Below are positions 16,003 through 27,256 of a stretch of 64,000 bases of DNA, one piece after another. Position numbers and translations under genes: made by a program. The stretch lies in the IMG/VR virus record IMGVR_UViG_3300050188_000002; one strand, 5' to 3'. The stretch comes from an uncultured virus (IMG/VR IMGVR_UViG_3300050188_000002) (lineage: Duplodnaviria; Heunggongvirae; Uroviricota; Caudoviricetes). Under the pieces are notes generated by a model. It did no database searches and had not been told where the DNA came from. It saw only the letters and a program-made list of their open reading frames with translations. Within the stretch, counting starts at the first letter, position 1, and the number at the start of each line of letters is the position of its first letter.

Positions 16003-17552
16003 TAAAGATAAGACCATATAATTCGGTTTTTTACAAACTCGATACTGACCCAGGCACCTTGCGGTTGCTCTGGGATAAGTTTCGTGTGAGAAAGACCAAT
16101 TACCAATTCCATCCAAAGTATAAAGCTGGTATATGGGATGGTTATATTCCTTTCGTAAACATGCGTAACGCCACTGTTGGTAGAGGTTTATTAGATCTTC
16201 TTAAGGAATATGCCGAAACGTGTGATATAGTAGTTGACGACTCTGAAGTTTTTGAAAATGATACTTATACTAGATCTAGCGTTGAAGAATATATAAAATC
16301 ACTAAATGTGGTTAGAACGACTCCGGAAGGTAATATTGTACCAATTCAGTTTTTTGACTACCAGATTGAAATGGTATGCAGTGCGATATTACGGCGTAGA
16401 AGTGTTCTCGAAGCCGCAACATCTGCTGGTAAATCTCTAGGAATATATGGGTTTGTTAGATGGTTTTTAGACCATAATCTTGGAAAGAAGATTGTTGTTA
16501 TAGTTCCGAGAACATCATTAGTAGAACAGATGGAATCTGACTTTAAAGATTACTCCAAGGCTAATGGGTTTGATGTTGACGGATGTGTTCATAAACTATA
16601 TAGTGGTAAAGAGAAGGATACTGATAAAAGTATTCTAATAACAACTTGGCAGTCTTTAAAGAATTTTGATGATAAATGGTATAATGATTCAGATATGTAT
16701 GGTGTTTTAGTTGATGAGTGTCATACTTGCTCCGCAAATGTCCTGAAAGATATACTTTCAAAATTAATATATGCCGAATATCGCATAGGTACTACTGGAA
16801 CAATCCCGAAACCATTGGAAGACAAGTATACATTGTTTTCAATGATTGGAACTGACGTTAAGATTGTTAAAGCGCATGAGTTAATAGAAACAAATCGAGC
16901 ATCACCAGTAGAAATCACGTGCTGTCTCCTAAAGTACGATCAAGAAATTTGCAAGATGGTAAATCCGTCCAAGTCTGCCGCTAGAAAAAATGGCAAATCT
17001 GGTTCTGACATTTTTAGAGAAGAATGTGATTTTGTTTTTACTAGCGACAAACGCAAAAAGTTCATTACAAAACTAACTAACTATATGACTGGTAATACTT
17101 TGATACTGTCTTCTAGGTTAGACGTCTTAGATGGATTGGAAGAAGAATTCAAAAATAAATATCCAGAAAAGAAACTTTATAGAATTGACGGTAAAACTGA
17201 AGTTGAAGATAGAGAGAAAACCCGTCAGATCATAAATCTCGAAGAGGATAACTCCGTGTTATTAGGTAGTACACAATGCGTTTCTACAGGAATAAATCTT
17301 CCGAGAATCCACAATATTGTTTTTGCTACAGGCACAAAGGCATTCATAACCCTATCCCAAGCAATTGGTCGCGGTTTAAGAAAAGCAGATGATAAAGATG
17401 TTTGTAAAGTTTTTGATATAGTTGATGACTTGAGATTTATAGGAAAATCTGGAAATGAGCGCAAAAATTATATGTTCAATCACTTCGAAGAACGAATCGT
17501 ATTGTATAGTGATGCGAAATTTCCATTTAAGGTCTTAAACTTCAAAATATAA
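15990..17552 (+). CDS. uvsW: SF2 helicase UvsW
   Basis: WDGYI, ATSAGKS, DECH, STGINLP, QAIGRGLR. Confidence 0.95.
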   Translation: MEQVIKIRPYNSVFYKLDTDPGTLRLLWDKFRVRKTNYQFHPKYKAGIWDGYIPFVNMRNATVGRGLLDLLKEYAETCDIVVDDSEVFENDTYTRSSVEEYIKSLNVVRTTPEGNIVPIQFFDYQIEMVCSAILRRRSVLEAATSAGKSLGIYGFVRWFLDHNLGKKIVVIVPRTSLVEQMESDFKDYSKANGFDVDGCVHKLYSGKEKDTDKSILITTWQSLKNFDDKWYNDSDMYGVLVDECHTCSANVLKDILSKLIYAEYRIGTTGTIPKPLEDKYTLFSMIGTDVKIVKAHELIETNRASPVEITCCLLKYDQEICKMVNPSKSAARKNGKSGSDIFREECDFVFTSDKRKKFITKLTNYMTGNTLILSSRLDVLDGLEEEFKNKYPEKKLYRIDGKTEVEDREKTRQIINLEEDNSVLLGSTQCVSTGINLPRIHNIVFATGTKAFITLSQAIGRGLRKADDKDVCKVFDIVDDLRFIGKSGNERKNYMFNHFEERIVLYSDAKFPFKVLNFKI

Positions 17553-17562
17553 AAAGACGAAT

Positions 17563-17949
17563 TTACTTCGTCTTTTTTACTTCGTCCTTTGATAAAGTTG
17601 ATTCTATATTTTTCCAATCTTTTTCAGACATTAGTATTTCAAGTTCTTTGGCTTTTAAGTAACTAACTTCGTAATACTCCATTATAACTTTGATTCTATC
17701 AGGAATGGTAAATGCTCTTACTGCATTCCAGTCTTGGTTTCTAACAGCACGAGGGGTAGAAAAGAATAGATATGAGAACTGCATATCAGCAGGCATCCCA
17801 TGACGCCTCGTTAATTCATAAACGTCAGAAATACAATCTATATTCCTAGATAGCATTCGGTTTATAATGAACGGGTCATACCCAACCAATGTTTCTGGCT
17901 TGGTTTTCTTATTCAGATGTGATAAAAAGTTTGGTTTCTCCATAATCAC
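17563..17949 (-). CDS. Clamp loader small subunit, gp62-like
   Basis: YDPFIINRMLS...MQFSYL...IMEYYEVSYLKAKE. Confidence 0.8.
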   Translation of the reverse strand: MIMEKPNFLSHLNKKTKPETLVGYDPFIINRMLSRNIDCISDVYELTRRHGMPADMQFSYLFFSTPRAVRNQDWNAVRAFTIPDRIKVIMEYYEVSYLKAKELEILMSEKDWKNIESTLSKDEVKKTK

Positions 17950-17993
17950 ATTATACTCCTTGTTTACTTTCTCGGAAGAGATAAAATACTCCT

Positions 17994-18992
17994 ATGCAAA
18001 ATACTACACCCCCACAACAGCCTATCGTAAATATTGACGCAACCCACGACCTTTGGATGATGAAATATCGTCCAAAGACTATTGATGAGGTTATCTTACC
18101 TGAACGCATTAAATCCATCGTGCGTCCTCTATGTAATGTATCAAATCCATTGCAACATCTTATTCTTTATGGGCCACCAGGATGCGGCAAGACAACATCC
18201 GCTCTAGTTATTGCTGCCGAGAGGGGAGCAAATGTTTTATTTGTCTCTGCCTCTAGAGAAGGTAATATGGATACGCTTAGAAATAAGATTTTTGACTTTG
18301 CTGTTACGAGATCGCTATCGTTTGGTGAACCTACACAGAAAATAGTTGTTTTGGATGAAGTGGACGCTTCTTCAGCGGCCATGCAAGATGCTTTAAGAAA
18401 CGTTTTGGAAGAACTTTCCAATGTATGTACGTTCATTATGACTTGTAACTATATCAACCGTGTTAGAGACCCAATTCTATCTAGATGCTACTCTATAAAT
18501 TTTTCTATTACTCCAGATGAAAAGGTTGTATTACACGGATTGATGTGTCGTAGAAGTTTTACTATTCTGAATCTAGAAAAAGTCCTGGTGGATAAAGGTG
18601 TTTTGGCTAAAGTTGTTTGGAAATACGGGTCTGACTTCCGTAGTTTGATGAATTTCTTACAATCTGTTTCCAAAAAAGAAACTGGATTGGATGTTGGTTG
18701 TATGGCAAACTTGGCCGTAGAATCTAACATAGACATCGTGTATAAAATTATAAGAACACATGACTTCAAGGCCCTAACCGCGTGGGTTAAAGAAAACTCT
18801 ACAAGTGATCTAAGTTCGATTTATAGAAAAATGTACGATCAGTATGAGAATTACCTAGAACCATCCTGTATCCCAGAACTTGTTTTAATAACGTATGACT
18901 ACATGAAGAATTTACCGAACGTTGCAGATCAAGAAATTTCGGCTATCGCGTTTTTGACGCAGATTATGAGTTCCGCTAGATTCAAAGACTAA
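17994..18992 (+). CDS. Clamp loader ATPase subunit, gp44-like
   Basis: W..KYRP, GPPGCGKTT, DEVD, SRC, ADQEI. Confidence 0.93.
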   Translation: MQNTTPPQQPIVNIDATHDLWMMKYRPKTIDEVILPERIKSIVRPLCNVSNPLQHLILYGPPGCGKTTSALVIAAERGANVLFVSASREGNMDTLRNKIFDFAVTRSLSFGEPTQKIVVLDEVDASSAAMQDALRNVLEELSNVCTFIMTCNYINRVRDPILSRCYSINFSITPDEKVVLHGLMCRRSFTILNLEKVLVDKGVLAKVVWKYGSDFRSLMNFLQSVSKKETGLDVGCMANLAVESNIDIVYKIIRTHDFKALTAWVKENSTSDLSSIYRKMYDQYENYLEPSCIPELVLITYDYMKNLPNVADQEISAIAFLTQIMSSARFKD

Positions 18993-19050
18993 TTACAGAA
19001 ATGTAAACAACCTGGATAACAACACGGATAAATTTATTGGTGAACTAAAT

Positions 19051-19257
19051 GTGAATGAAGACCCAAATACATCACATGATATTAAGACTAATATCAAATA
19101 TATTATTCTTAACGACGGCACCGAAGTCGAAGTTAAAAATTTTGGTGGGTATGAGGCTGGTTATTTTTTTGTACCATATTGCAATGTTCCTAGAAAAGTT
19201 ATTGATATTGATGACAACTACATCACTGATAGAATCATTAAATTATATAACATGTGA
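19051..19257 (+). CDS. Small hypothetical protein with a capsid-like motif
   Basis: YEAGYFFVPY resembles YDAGMFFCPY of the capsid paralog. Confidence 0.4.
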   Translation: MNEDPNTSHDIKTNIKYIILNDGTEVEVKNFGGYEAGYFFVPYCNVPRKVIDIDDNYITDRIIKLYNM

Positions 19258-19288
19258 TGATATTTTCAATAACTATTAAAATCATCTT

Positions 19289-20095
19289 CTAGGCNNNNNN
19301 NNNNTGTAAACAAAGATGACTATTTTTCTCACGGAAATTGGTTACACCCTTACCGCGACTTATATCAGTTACATTGCCACTGTTATCTTTTGTTACAGTG
19401 GTTTTGTCATTGAATAGGTCAATATCAGAACCATCTGATTCTATCTCGATCTGAATATTATCAGAATTATAATCTCTAGAAATATCATTCATTAATGGGT
19501 CTGTAACGCCGTTATTAGCAGGATTACCATTATTTTGACCTGATTGTGTCAATGCCGCCATTCTCACATCTATTTCTGGAATGCCAGTATCGAAAATGTC
19601 ATGTTGATTTTTGTATTTTTCTAATTTTAGAGTGTATATAACCCTGTTTCCAAATTGCCAAAAAATGTCATCTTTGTTTACATATACAATTTCAAATAGC
19701 ATCCCGAACATTGGGATATAAACCAGAGACCCTTCGCGTGGATATTGTTCATTTGATGTATCATCCACCACACCATTTTTTTCTGCAACCTCTTGATAAA
19801 ATCTGCGTCTAGAAACGCATACTTGGCTTGCACTTAATGTCTCTAGCCCTAACTTAGAAATTAAGTCATTTTGGCCTTCCCACCCGCCAGAACTTTTAAG
19901 ATACATTTCAATACATATGGCTTTTTTAAACGCACTTGCTGCACTTTCTCCATATAAAGAATCTTCATTTAAAAGAGTTCTTGGTAGATAGTAGGTTTCG
20001 AACCCACCAATTTGGATAAACTCATCAACGAGATCTTGATGAAGATTCCATTCTCCTTCTCTTTCTGTGTTTTGGTGGAAAGCCTGATTAATCAT
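19289..20095 (-). CDS. Neck protein, gp14-like (3' end falls in the N gap)
   Basis: E.I..GG.ETYYLPR...DSLYGE..S.F...IEMY..GWEG..D..SKLG...PREG.LVY.P. Confidence 0.88.
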   Translation of the reverse strand: MINQAFHQNTEREGEWNLHQDLVDEFIQIGGFETYYLPRTLLNEDSLYGESAASAFKKAICIEMYLKSSGGWEGQNDLISKLGLETLSASQVCVSRRRFYQEVAEKNGVVDDTSNEQYPREGSLVYIPMFGMLFEIVYVNKDDIFWQFGNRVIYTLKLEKYKNQHDIFDTGIPEIDVRMAALTQSGQNNGNPANNGVTDPLMNDISRDYNSDNIQIEIESDGSDIDLFNDKTTVTKDNSGNVTDISRGKGVTNFREKNSHLCLXXXXA

Positions 20096-20096
20096 A

Positions 20097-20603
20097 TTAG
20101 ATAGTGTTCTTATTTTCGAATCCGACTTCTGCTATAAAATCCAATGATACTGAACCTAGAGGTGGAACCGTAACGTTTCTTGGTAGAGCGTCAAATCCGA
20201 TTATAAGACCAGCCTGATATAATACGTAATGAGTTAAAGTAACCGGCGATGCTGACGTGTTTTGTATATTAGGAATTGATACTTTGAAAAATCCTATAAC
20301 CCCTGCTAGATTATTACCGGTATTAGACCCGTATGTAGATATTTGGTTGTCGCCTGGAATGATGATAGGGTAATCTTGATATTCCGGTCTAGTTGACTCG
20401 TCTATTAATGGATTCAATGTGGTTGGGAAGAACTGGGCTGCGTTCCCGGTTAGAACACCAGAATGATCATTAAAGTCTGTTAGATGTGATTCCGTAGTAG
20501 CCACGCCAGACTGTGTATTAACCGTAGCCAATTTAACTTGTACGGTAGACTTCGCTAGACTCAGTATGGTCTGTTTTAAGAATTTTTTCTGTGCTTGTGC
20601 CAT
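20097..20603 (-). CDS. Hypothetical virion protein
   Basis: ORF with GATAAATA-N5-ATG at 20603. Confidence 0.55.
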   Translation of the reverse strand: MAQAQKKFLKQTILSLAKSTVQVKLATVNTQSGVATTESHLTDFNDHSGVLTGNAAQFFPTTLNPLIDESTRPEYQDYPIIIPGDNQISTYGSNTGNNLAGVIGFFKVSIPNIQNTSASPVTLTHYVLYQAGLIIGFDALPRNVTVPPLGSVSLDFIAEVGFENKNTI

Positions 20604-20642
20604 ATTCCTATTTATCGTATTCAAATCAGGATAATTACATAT

Positions 20643-21182
20643 ATGTCAAAGGTTCAGAATAAAATAAGCGAGTTGTTTAATACCAGTATGGAAGAAGACG
20701 TTCCTGTTGTTGATTTTGATATAGAGTCAGAACCAAAACCTGTAATTTGTGAGGTTATTGACCCAGTAGCGATAGATAATCGTATAGAAGACCAACTAGA
20801 AAAGGTTGTTAATCGTATAGGATCTGATTCTGATCTAGCTAGAAGCACAAATCATTCCCTTCTATCGCAAACTATGGGGATAATTAAGGAGTTAAAGGCC
20901 ATCGCAGAAACTTCTGAGGAGCCACGCGCGTACGAAGTGTTGGCGCAATGGATGAATATCGCTGTTGCATTATCAACTCAAACCACAACCATAAACGATC
21001 GTACTGTAAGTACCATTGTTAAAGCCAAAAAAATTAGATTTCAAAAGGTTCCGGAGTCGATTTTAACTGTAGATAATAAAACTGGTAATATAAGTGGTAC
21101 AACTGCTGAAATGCAAAAACTTTTGATGTCTGAGGCCAATGAAACTAAATCTAAGGAAGAAAATGTCAAAAAAGCAGATTAA
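20643..21182 (+). CDS. Terminase small subunit, gp16-like
   Basis: A..SEEPRAYEVLA and GTTAEMQKLL motifs. Confidence 0.8.
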   Translation: MSKVQNKISELFNTSMEEDVPVVDFDIESEPKPVICEVIDPVAIDNRIEDQLEKVVNRIGSDSDLARSTNHSLLSQTMGIIKELKAIAETSEEPRAYEVLAQWMNIAVALSTQTTTINDRTVSTIVKAKKIRFQKVPESILTVDNKTGNISGTTAEMQKLLMSEANETKSKEENVKKAD

Positions 21183-21360
21183 AGAGTATGTTTGTGATCA
21201 GTGCGGCAACACGTTTCAATGTAAGATTTTAGATGATTCATCTCTAAAGGTTAAGTTCTGTCCTATTTGCGGTGAAGAAGAGGACTTTGAGAGAAACAAC
21301 TCAGAATATTCTTATATGATTTCTAGAGATGAAGATTTAGATGAGGATGACGAAGATTGA
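21163..21360 (+). CDS. Small zinc-ribbon protein with acidic tail
   Basis: CDQC...FCPICG. Confidence 0.7.
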   Translation: MSKKQIKEYVCDQCGNTFQCKILDDSSLKVKFCPICGEEEDFERNNSEYSYMISRDEDLDEDDED

Positions 21361-21749
21361 ATACATTAAGTTCTGATAATTTCACATTTTACGCAATTCA
21401 GAACTACCACACTCCAACTTTTAGTGGTATGAAGGATTTTTACATGGATATGAGACGCATATCCATTATAAACAATTCATTGGAGAAGTATAAGTTAGAT
21501 AGGACGTATAATATTGGTTTAATTTTAAACCATATAGTTATATTAAGTAATGTATTCGGGCCCGCTGCTATAAATATTTTGTTTTATAAGGTTAAAATAG
21601 ATTACCATAGTCTATTGAAAACCATGTTGGTCGAAACAAACATTATAGTTGGTAATGAAACCCTTCCGTTATTGTGTAATTATAACTTAGGCATTCTTCC
21701 AATTAATGATCAACTAAAAGAAGACATTTCTAATGCGTTAAAAGACTAA
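21357..21749 (+). CDS. Conserved T4-like phage hypothetical protein
   Basis: NF..YA..NY.TP...F..D...LILNHIVILSNVFG...LKT. Confidence 0.7.
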   Translation: MNTLSSDNFTFYAIQNYHTPTFSGMKDFYMDMRRISIINNSLEKYKLDRTYNIGLILNHIVILSNVFGPAAINILFYKVKIDYHSLLKTMLVETNIIVGNETLPLLCNYNLGILPINDQLKEDISNALKD

Positions 21750-21768
21750 AAATTAGATAAATATTACC

Positions 21769-24309
21769 ATGTTAACATACAATTCGGTATCAAAAGTACT
21801 TTTGAAGCAATATCATAACGTTTCTATAAATAGGGATGGTGTTCGATTGCCTGAATTGGTTGAATATATTGTTTCTAGAGGATTTATAAATAGAAAAGAA
21901 CTCACTCTAGACGTTTTACGTGAATCTGTTAAAAAGTTGCATCAGCATGGTCTCTTGGTGTTCGTTAACATCGATGGCGGTATGTTATTTGGGACTGGTA
22001 TATCAAAACCGATCAATGAAAATGCAAGTAGTTGGGAGATTGATGATATTTTCTGTGCATATCCAACATTTACAGACGGATATAACGTTGGATGTTCTTT
22101 AAGGACTTTATTTAAGAAATATGGAGTATGCCCAGATATATTCAAGAGTCCTAATACCGAGTGGCTTGCTGGATATGATGCTGGTTTTGTAGAAGGAACC
22201 GCATATAAGAATGATGCCCCAAACCCTATAGATAATACAAAGGAACTTGTGCCTGAATCTATTAAACCTGCTTTGAATTTCTATGGTATAACTGATTCTG
22301 ATCTTATTTCTGAAGAAATTAGTATTACCGATGAATCTGTAGTTATACTATCTGAAGGCCTCTTTGACACATTGAGTTCGGCCGGTAAATCGTTGACAAG
22401 ATTTGCGTTAAACTCTGATCAATTAAGTGATACTGGTAAAATAGCCAGATCATTTTTCAGTAGAGACATTGGTGCAGCCGTTCCTGCTGCCATAAAACAA
22501 GCCGCTTCAAAATGGGCTGAGCATAAGGGCGAATTGTTTGTGCCTTTGATTGCTTTATCGCCTGACCTACATAAAAACATTCAATCAAAATTGATCTCCG
22601 AGTCAAAGACGATAAAAGATGTGAAAAATATACCGTTACCTAAGAATGTTTATGGATCTACTGTATTTCTTACCGATCCTGTAGACCCATCATTAATGGT
22701 TTACCTTCCAATAGAAAAATTTGCTCCTATTTGTTTTGAGTTTATAGATGTAGACCGTATCAATGGGGAAGTTGAACCAGAAGATGTGACCAGCGATTTA
22801 GATATCGAAACTAGTGGGATAGGCGATTCCGGAGAAGAGGAAATTAATACTAAAAGTATCACAGCCGCAGAACTGAGACCACTATTAGACATGTCTTATG
22901 TCGAACAGTCCAAATACGTTAGTGATTATTTTGATACCACGTTTAAGCCGGAATCTACTATATTCAAATCTTTATCAGGAATTGAAAAGTTCTCATATCT
23001 ATATGATTTTAAAACAGATAATGACAATCCTAAGATATTCTCTAAATTCTATATGCCTGGTGCTAAAAAGGACGACGGTTCTAGAAGAATCACCAAATAT
23101 GAGGCAGACAATTTAAGAAGCCTTATAGGAAGAATCAATGTATTTACTGCGAGTTTCGATTCGTTGCTCAATCACGTTAATTCATTGAAGGAAGTCACTA
23201 AAAAGGACGATATCCCCGATGAATATAAGAAAAAAATTGTTTCTAAACTATATGATCTTGTAAGAGAAAAGATTTCTGATGTAGATGCTAACCTGTTCTC
23301 AGGAAAACTTGTAAAGCATATTGATGCTGCTATTGATATACTCAACTTCTTAAAAGCAGTAGAAACACCAAAGTCCAAAACAAAGCCAAACACTTGGACC
23401 TATGGGTTAGACCTATCTCAAATTGAAAATGAGATCAAAACAGTTGAAAGACTAAAAGAATTGATGACTACAGCTCCTATTGCTGAGTCTCTCATATTGG
23501 AAACTTCCGAAAAAGATGCTCATAAGTTTATAAAACATGAATATTATGCCGCGTTCGTGCCGCTTGTTACTTCGACTCCCCACAAGGAATCTCAGAGAAA
23601 GAAAGATAGAGATAAAGTAGATGTTAGAATCGTTATTTATGGTTTTATTTGGAAGAAGAGTATTAATTCCCCAACAAAAAACATAAACAGAACAGATGCA
23701 GCCTCCGAGCGTTACCTGATGTATAAATCACTTAGACTTGTGACCGGAGCCCCAATTCTATTTGGTTCATTGAAGAATAAAATTTCAGACATGGTCAAGT
23801 CAATTGATATCGGTAAATTCTTTGCTGTCGCACACTCATGGTTAAAAGGTCCAGCCAAACTCAACACCCAAAACGAAGGATATGTTGATACCGGATTTAT
23901 CACTATCGCTGAATTTGCCTCTAAATTTACCAATTACCTATCTTTCACAGAAATTAATAGATTTCATTACCAAATCGTTTATAAGTTCTCTCAAACTGAA
24001 TTGACTTTATCAATAAATTCAAATGAGAATACAGATAAAGTGAATAAGACTATAACTAGTCTAGACCTTCTATATAAGATTTATTCTAAGTTCTGGAAAG
24101 CGGCCGGTGTAAAGCTTGATATTATCCTGCGTAGCGATAAGAAAGAAGTGCCTATAAACATAGACTCCGCTAATAATAAGGATACGATTAAGAAAGCAGT
24201 TCAGTCATTATATGACCAGAATCGGCCAATCAAGCAGCCCACGCAATCACCTCAAACGCAACAGCAGCCCCCAACACAGACGCCACCAGCAGGCACGCCC
24301 AAGCCGTAA
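21769..24309 (+). CDS. Large hypothetical late protein, candidate processed head/ejected protein
   Basis: 846 aa, late promoter, several I/L-x-E sites, Q/P-rich tail. Confidence 0.6.
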   Translation: MLTYNSVSKVLLKQYHNVSINRDGVRLPELVEYIVSRGFINRKELTLDVLRESVKKLHQHGLLVFVNIDGGMLFGTGISKPINENASSWEIDDIFCAYPTFTDGYNVGCSLRTLFKKYGVCPDIFKSPNTEWLAGYDAGFVEGTAYKNDAPNPIDNTKELVPESIKPALNFYGITDSDLISEEISITDESVVILSEGLFDTLSSAGKSLTRFALNSDQLSDTGKIARSFFSRDIGAAVPAAIKQAASKWAEHKGELFVPLIALSPDLHKNIQSKLISESKTIKDVKNIPLPKNVYGSTVFLTDPVDPSLMVYLPIEKFAPICFEFIDVDRINGEVEPEDVTSDLDIETSGIGDSGEEEINTKSITAAELRPLLDMSYVEQSKYVSDYFDTTFKPESTIFKSLSGIEKFSYLYDFKTDNDNPKIFSKFYMPGAKKDDGSRRITKYEADNLRSLIGRINVFTASFDSLLNHVNSLKEVTKKDDIPDEYKKKIVSKLYDLVREKISDVDANLFSGKLVKHIDAAIDILNFLKAVETPKSKTKPNTWTYGLDLSQIENEIKTVERLKELMTTAPIAESLILETSEKDAHKFIKHEYYAAFVPLVTSTPHKESQRKKDRDKVDVRIVIYGFIWKKSINSPTKNINRTDAASERYLMYKSLRLVTGAPILFGSLKNKISDMVKSIDIGKFFAVAHSWLKGPAKLNTQNEGYVDTGFITIAEFASKFTNYLSFTEINRFHYQIVYKFSQTELTLSINSNENTDKVNKTITSLDLLYKIYSKFWKAAGVKLDIILRSDKKEVPINIDSANNKDTIKKAVQSLYDQNRPIKQPTQSPQTQQQPPTQTPPAGTPKP

Positions 24310-24486
24310 CCCTTGACCACAGCGAGAAACTTTGAGCAATAGGAGCGTCTTTCTCGGCTTTCATCATGATAGCCCAAATCATGGCTACCCCACCAACTCC
24401 TGATACGGCGATGATGGCGATTAACTCTAGAATAACTAAGATTGTTTTTAAAATAAGCATATAAGTTTCCTGATAAATAATCGTAT

Positions 24487-26538
24487 ATGATATCATATTA
24501 TCCGACTTCTGTCAAGCAACGCGTAACATCTCCTCTCATAGGGGATATGGTGCCTATGTTTGTCAAGGAGACATTTCCAAACTTCAGAAAATTCATAGAA
24601 GGTTATATTTCATGGAGTGAAGAAAATGGTAACCCAATGCATTTGCTTGGATTACTTAAAACAGCCAGAGATATAGACCTAACCGCCGATCAATTCGTTG
24701 TTCATTTGGCTAGGGAATTTGCTCCGTCTTTGGCTGAAAATCGGTTTTTATATGATTCTGAAAAAGCAACGTATAATGCCGCTGATTGGACATTTTTAAA
24801 GTACATTGGAGAGTATTACCGAGTAAAAGGTACTAGTAAGTCTTATGAGTATTTCTTTAGGTTGCTATATAATTTAGAAACCGAAGTAGTACACCCAAAA
24901 CACCACCTTTTTAGACCTTCTGATGGATATTGGGTAAATCCTTACAAATTTTTCATTGAAGTTCCTATAGGACAACTTGATTCTGATAGTTACACCAATT
25001 TATACATACCTGTTCAATACACTATTGATAACGGTAGTTCTTTTGTGTCTGTCGGAGTTGCGGATGTATTGCGTGTAGTAAATAGGTCAACAACCACTCT
25101 CACATTGGAATTTGAATTTGCTTCGTTTGATGATCAATTATTTTCAATTGGTGACCCAAACATCAAATTAAAGATTGATGATATTGACGTTGATTCCGCT
25201 CTTATTAATACTGATTTGACTCAGATTAAATCAATAATATCAACTAATACGTTATATGTCCCATTGAAAGTCCTCAATAAAATCAAGGTAATTAATGGCG
25301 GTTCAAATTGGCAGGTTGGAGAGAGAATCATTCTACAAGGAGATTCCCCAACAACTATTGAAGTTAACTCTATCAGTCAAGCAGTTGGAGGTAGCATATA
25401 CAATAAGCCAATATGCAAGTCTACTGGTATTAGTGATATATTTCTTAATGTTACATGTGTAACCGATGTGTCAAATAGCACACAATGGACAACAACTACG
25501 CCTTATTCAATTGGGGATTTAGTAATATATGATGGTAATTACTTCAAAGTAAACTCAAACATTATATCTTCTAGTCCACCAACTATAGATCCATCATATG
25601 ATCCTATTGATGTATTAATACCTACGATAAATGGCGTTACTGTATATAACGACGAATATTTCCTCTTAATAAACCAAGTACCGAATATTAATAGTGTTTC
25701 TAACGGGCTTTATCAGATTAAATATACAAACAATGGTAAATGTTTATTGAATAAGGTAGCAACCGTAGTTAACGATGTTGTATTTGATTCCACCAATAAA
25801 GTATATTATAGGTGTATCTCAAATCAAAATAACTTGGACTATGCTAATTCAAATCAGAACGTATTTAATGAATNNNNNNNNNNAGTTGGAGTTGGTGGTA
25901 AAATCTCGGGTATAACAATAATTGAATCTGGTTATTCATCTATTGATTATTCCCTAATCACTCCAATTAAATTAACTACTAATGGAATATTTGAAAATAT
26001 CACATATATAACCGGGGTTTTCTGTCGAGGTTTTGGTTATATGAAGGAACAGTGGTCTTCATCTTCCGATAAAAACATTGTACTAGAGGACAACTACTTT
26101 TACCAAAACCACTCATATGTAGTTGAAATAAAAGAACAATTTCCGGATGAATTTAATGTAGAAGAATACATAAAAACAAACCATCCTAGTGGGTTTCAAT
26201 ATTTCTTCTTAGAAACCCCATACTCTGGTTCTAAGATTAGAGACTATAACAGTTTATGTGCAACCGTCTGTGAAAGGATTTCTGAGAATGGAAGTGAGAC
26301 TTGTTCCCCCGACAACACACCAACAGTCATACCGTATCTTAATGATGAACTACAATTCGGTGTTGAACTGCCGCAGTACATAAAATACAGGACTGACATT
26401 GTATTTGAAGAAAATGTAAAGATAAATTCTTGGGTAACCCTAAGACAGTTCTCTATTTCTACTCAGGTCAACCAAAGTTCTAACGTATTGGTTGGAATTA
26501 ATTCTTGGATAACGCTTAGGGCATTCACCACCACATAA
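24487..26538 (+). CDS. Baseplate wedge protein, gp7-like
   Basis: P.FV.E.FP.F..F..Y, DID, Y..KGT..S..YFFRLLY and C-terminal DNYFYQNHSY..HPSG; contains an N gap. Confidence 0.7.
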   Translation: MISYYPTSVKQRVTSPLIGDMVPMFVKETFPNFRKFIEGYISWSEENGNPMHLLGLLKTARDIDLTADQFVVHLAREFAPSLAENRFLYDSEKATYNAADWTFLKYIGEYYRVKGTSKSYEYFFRLLYNLETEVVHPKHHLFRPSDGYWVNPYKFFIEVPIGQLDSDSYTNLYIPVQYTIDNGSSFVSVGVADVLRVVNRSTTTLTLEFEFASFDDQLFSIGDPNIKLKIDDIDVDSALINTDLTQIKSIISTNTLYVPLKVLNKIKVINGGSNWQVGERIILQGDSPTTIEVNSISQAVGGSIYNKPICKSTGISDIFLNVTCVTDVSNSTQWTTTTPYSIGDLVIYDGNYFKVNSNIISSSPPTIDPSYDPIDVLIPTINGVTVYNDEYFLLINQVPNINSVSNGLYQIKYTNNGKCLLNKVATVVNDVVFDSTNKVYYRCISNQNNLDYANSNQNVFNEXXXXVGVGGKISGITIIESGYSSIDYSLITPIKLTTNGIFENITYITGVFCRGFGYMKEQWSSSSDKNIVLEDNYFYQNHSYVVEIKEQFPDEFNVEEYIKTNHPSGFQYFFLETPYSGSKIRDYNSLCATVCERISENGSETCSPDNTPTVIPYLNDELQFGVELPQYIKYRTDIVFEENVKINSWVTLRQFSISTQVNQSSNVLVGINSWITLRAFTTT

Positions 26539-26546
26539 ATAACCAT

Positions 26547-27206
26547 ATGGCATTCATTTACTGTAAAGATGGGTCTGATTTAATATTCGATTGGCTGAAA
26601 ACCTCTCCGCCGTCTAGATATACATCATTATCAACCATATCTGGAAATACAAGTACAAATAGAGCAGATTCTGACACATATTTCACATTTCCGACTGATA
26701 TTGGAAACTATCCCCTACTAAACTGGTGGAGTAATATCCCAAAATATCAAAACTCGATGTTTCCTGGTTACTTCGATAAGACCTCGCAATCCACAGATCA
26801 GCCCCAGATTCCAAATACTCCGGCGGATTTAATTCCTCCATACGCCAACTCAAATAATGGTATCAATTCAGCTGGATTTAGGAGCGATTTACCTGTTTAT
26901 CTAGGTAATTTAAACGGCGGTGTAATCTTATTTGGTCAATACGATCCACTATCATTAGAAACAAACCAGAATTCAAGTATTGTAATTCAATTTGTTAAGG
27001 GTGCCAAATATGTATCAACAGGCGAAACGGTGAACAATCAAGGAATTATAAATGGATTCATTGTATACGATGGAGCTGCTAATAATGTGAATGACACATA
27101 TGTGTCAAGTTCATTTGGTGAAAACGGAAACATTGCAATCCAGCATATAAATGATTCCCTAGAAGTTGACGTTAATATACAGATTACTCCCATAACTGTT
27201 GCCTAA
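26547..27206 (+). CDS. Hypothetical virion protein
   Basis: 219-aa ORF with late promoter in the baseplate cluster. Confidence 0.6.
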   Translation: MAFIYCKDGSDLIFDWLKTSPPSRYTSLSTISGNTSTNRADSDTYFTFPTDIGNYPLLNWWSNIPKYQNSMFPGYFDKTSQSTDQPQIPNTPADLIPPYANSNNGINSAGFRSDLPVYLGNLNGGVILFGQYDPLSLETNQNSSIVIQFVKGAKYVSTGETVNNQGIINGFIVYDGAANNVNDTYVSSSFGENGNIAIQHINDSLEVDVNIQITPITVA

Positions 27207-27256
27207 AAATCGTATTGCGGTGGATAAATAACATAGACTTATTAAAAGAGTAACCT

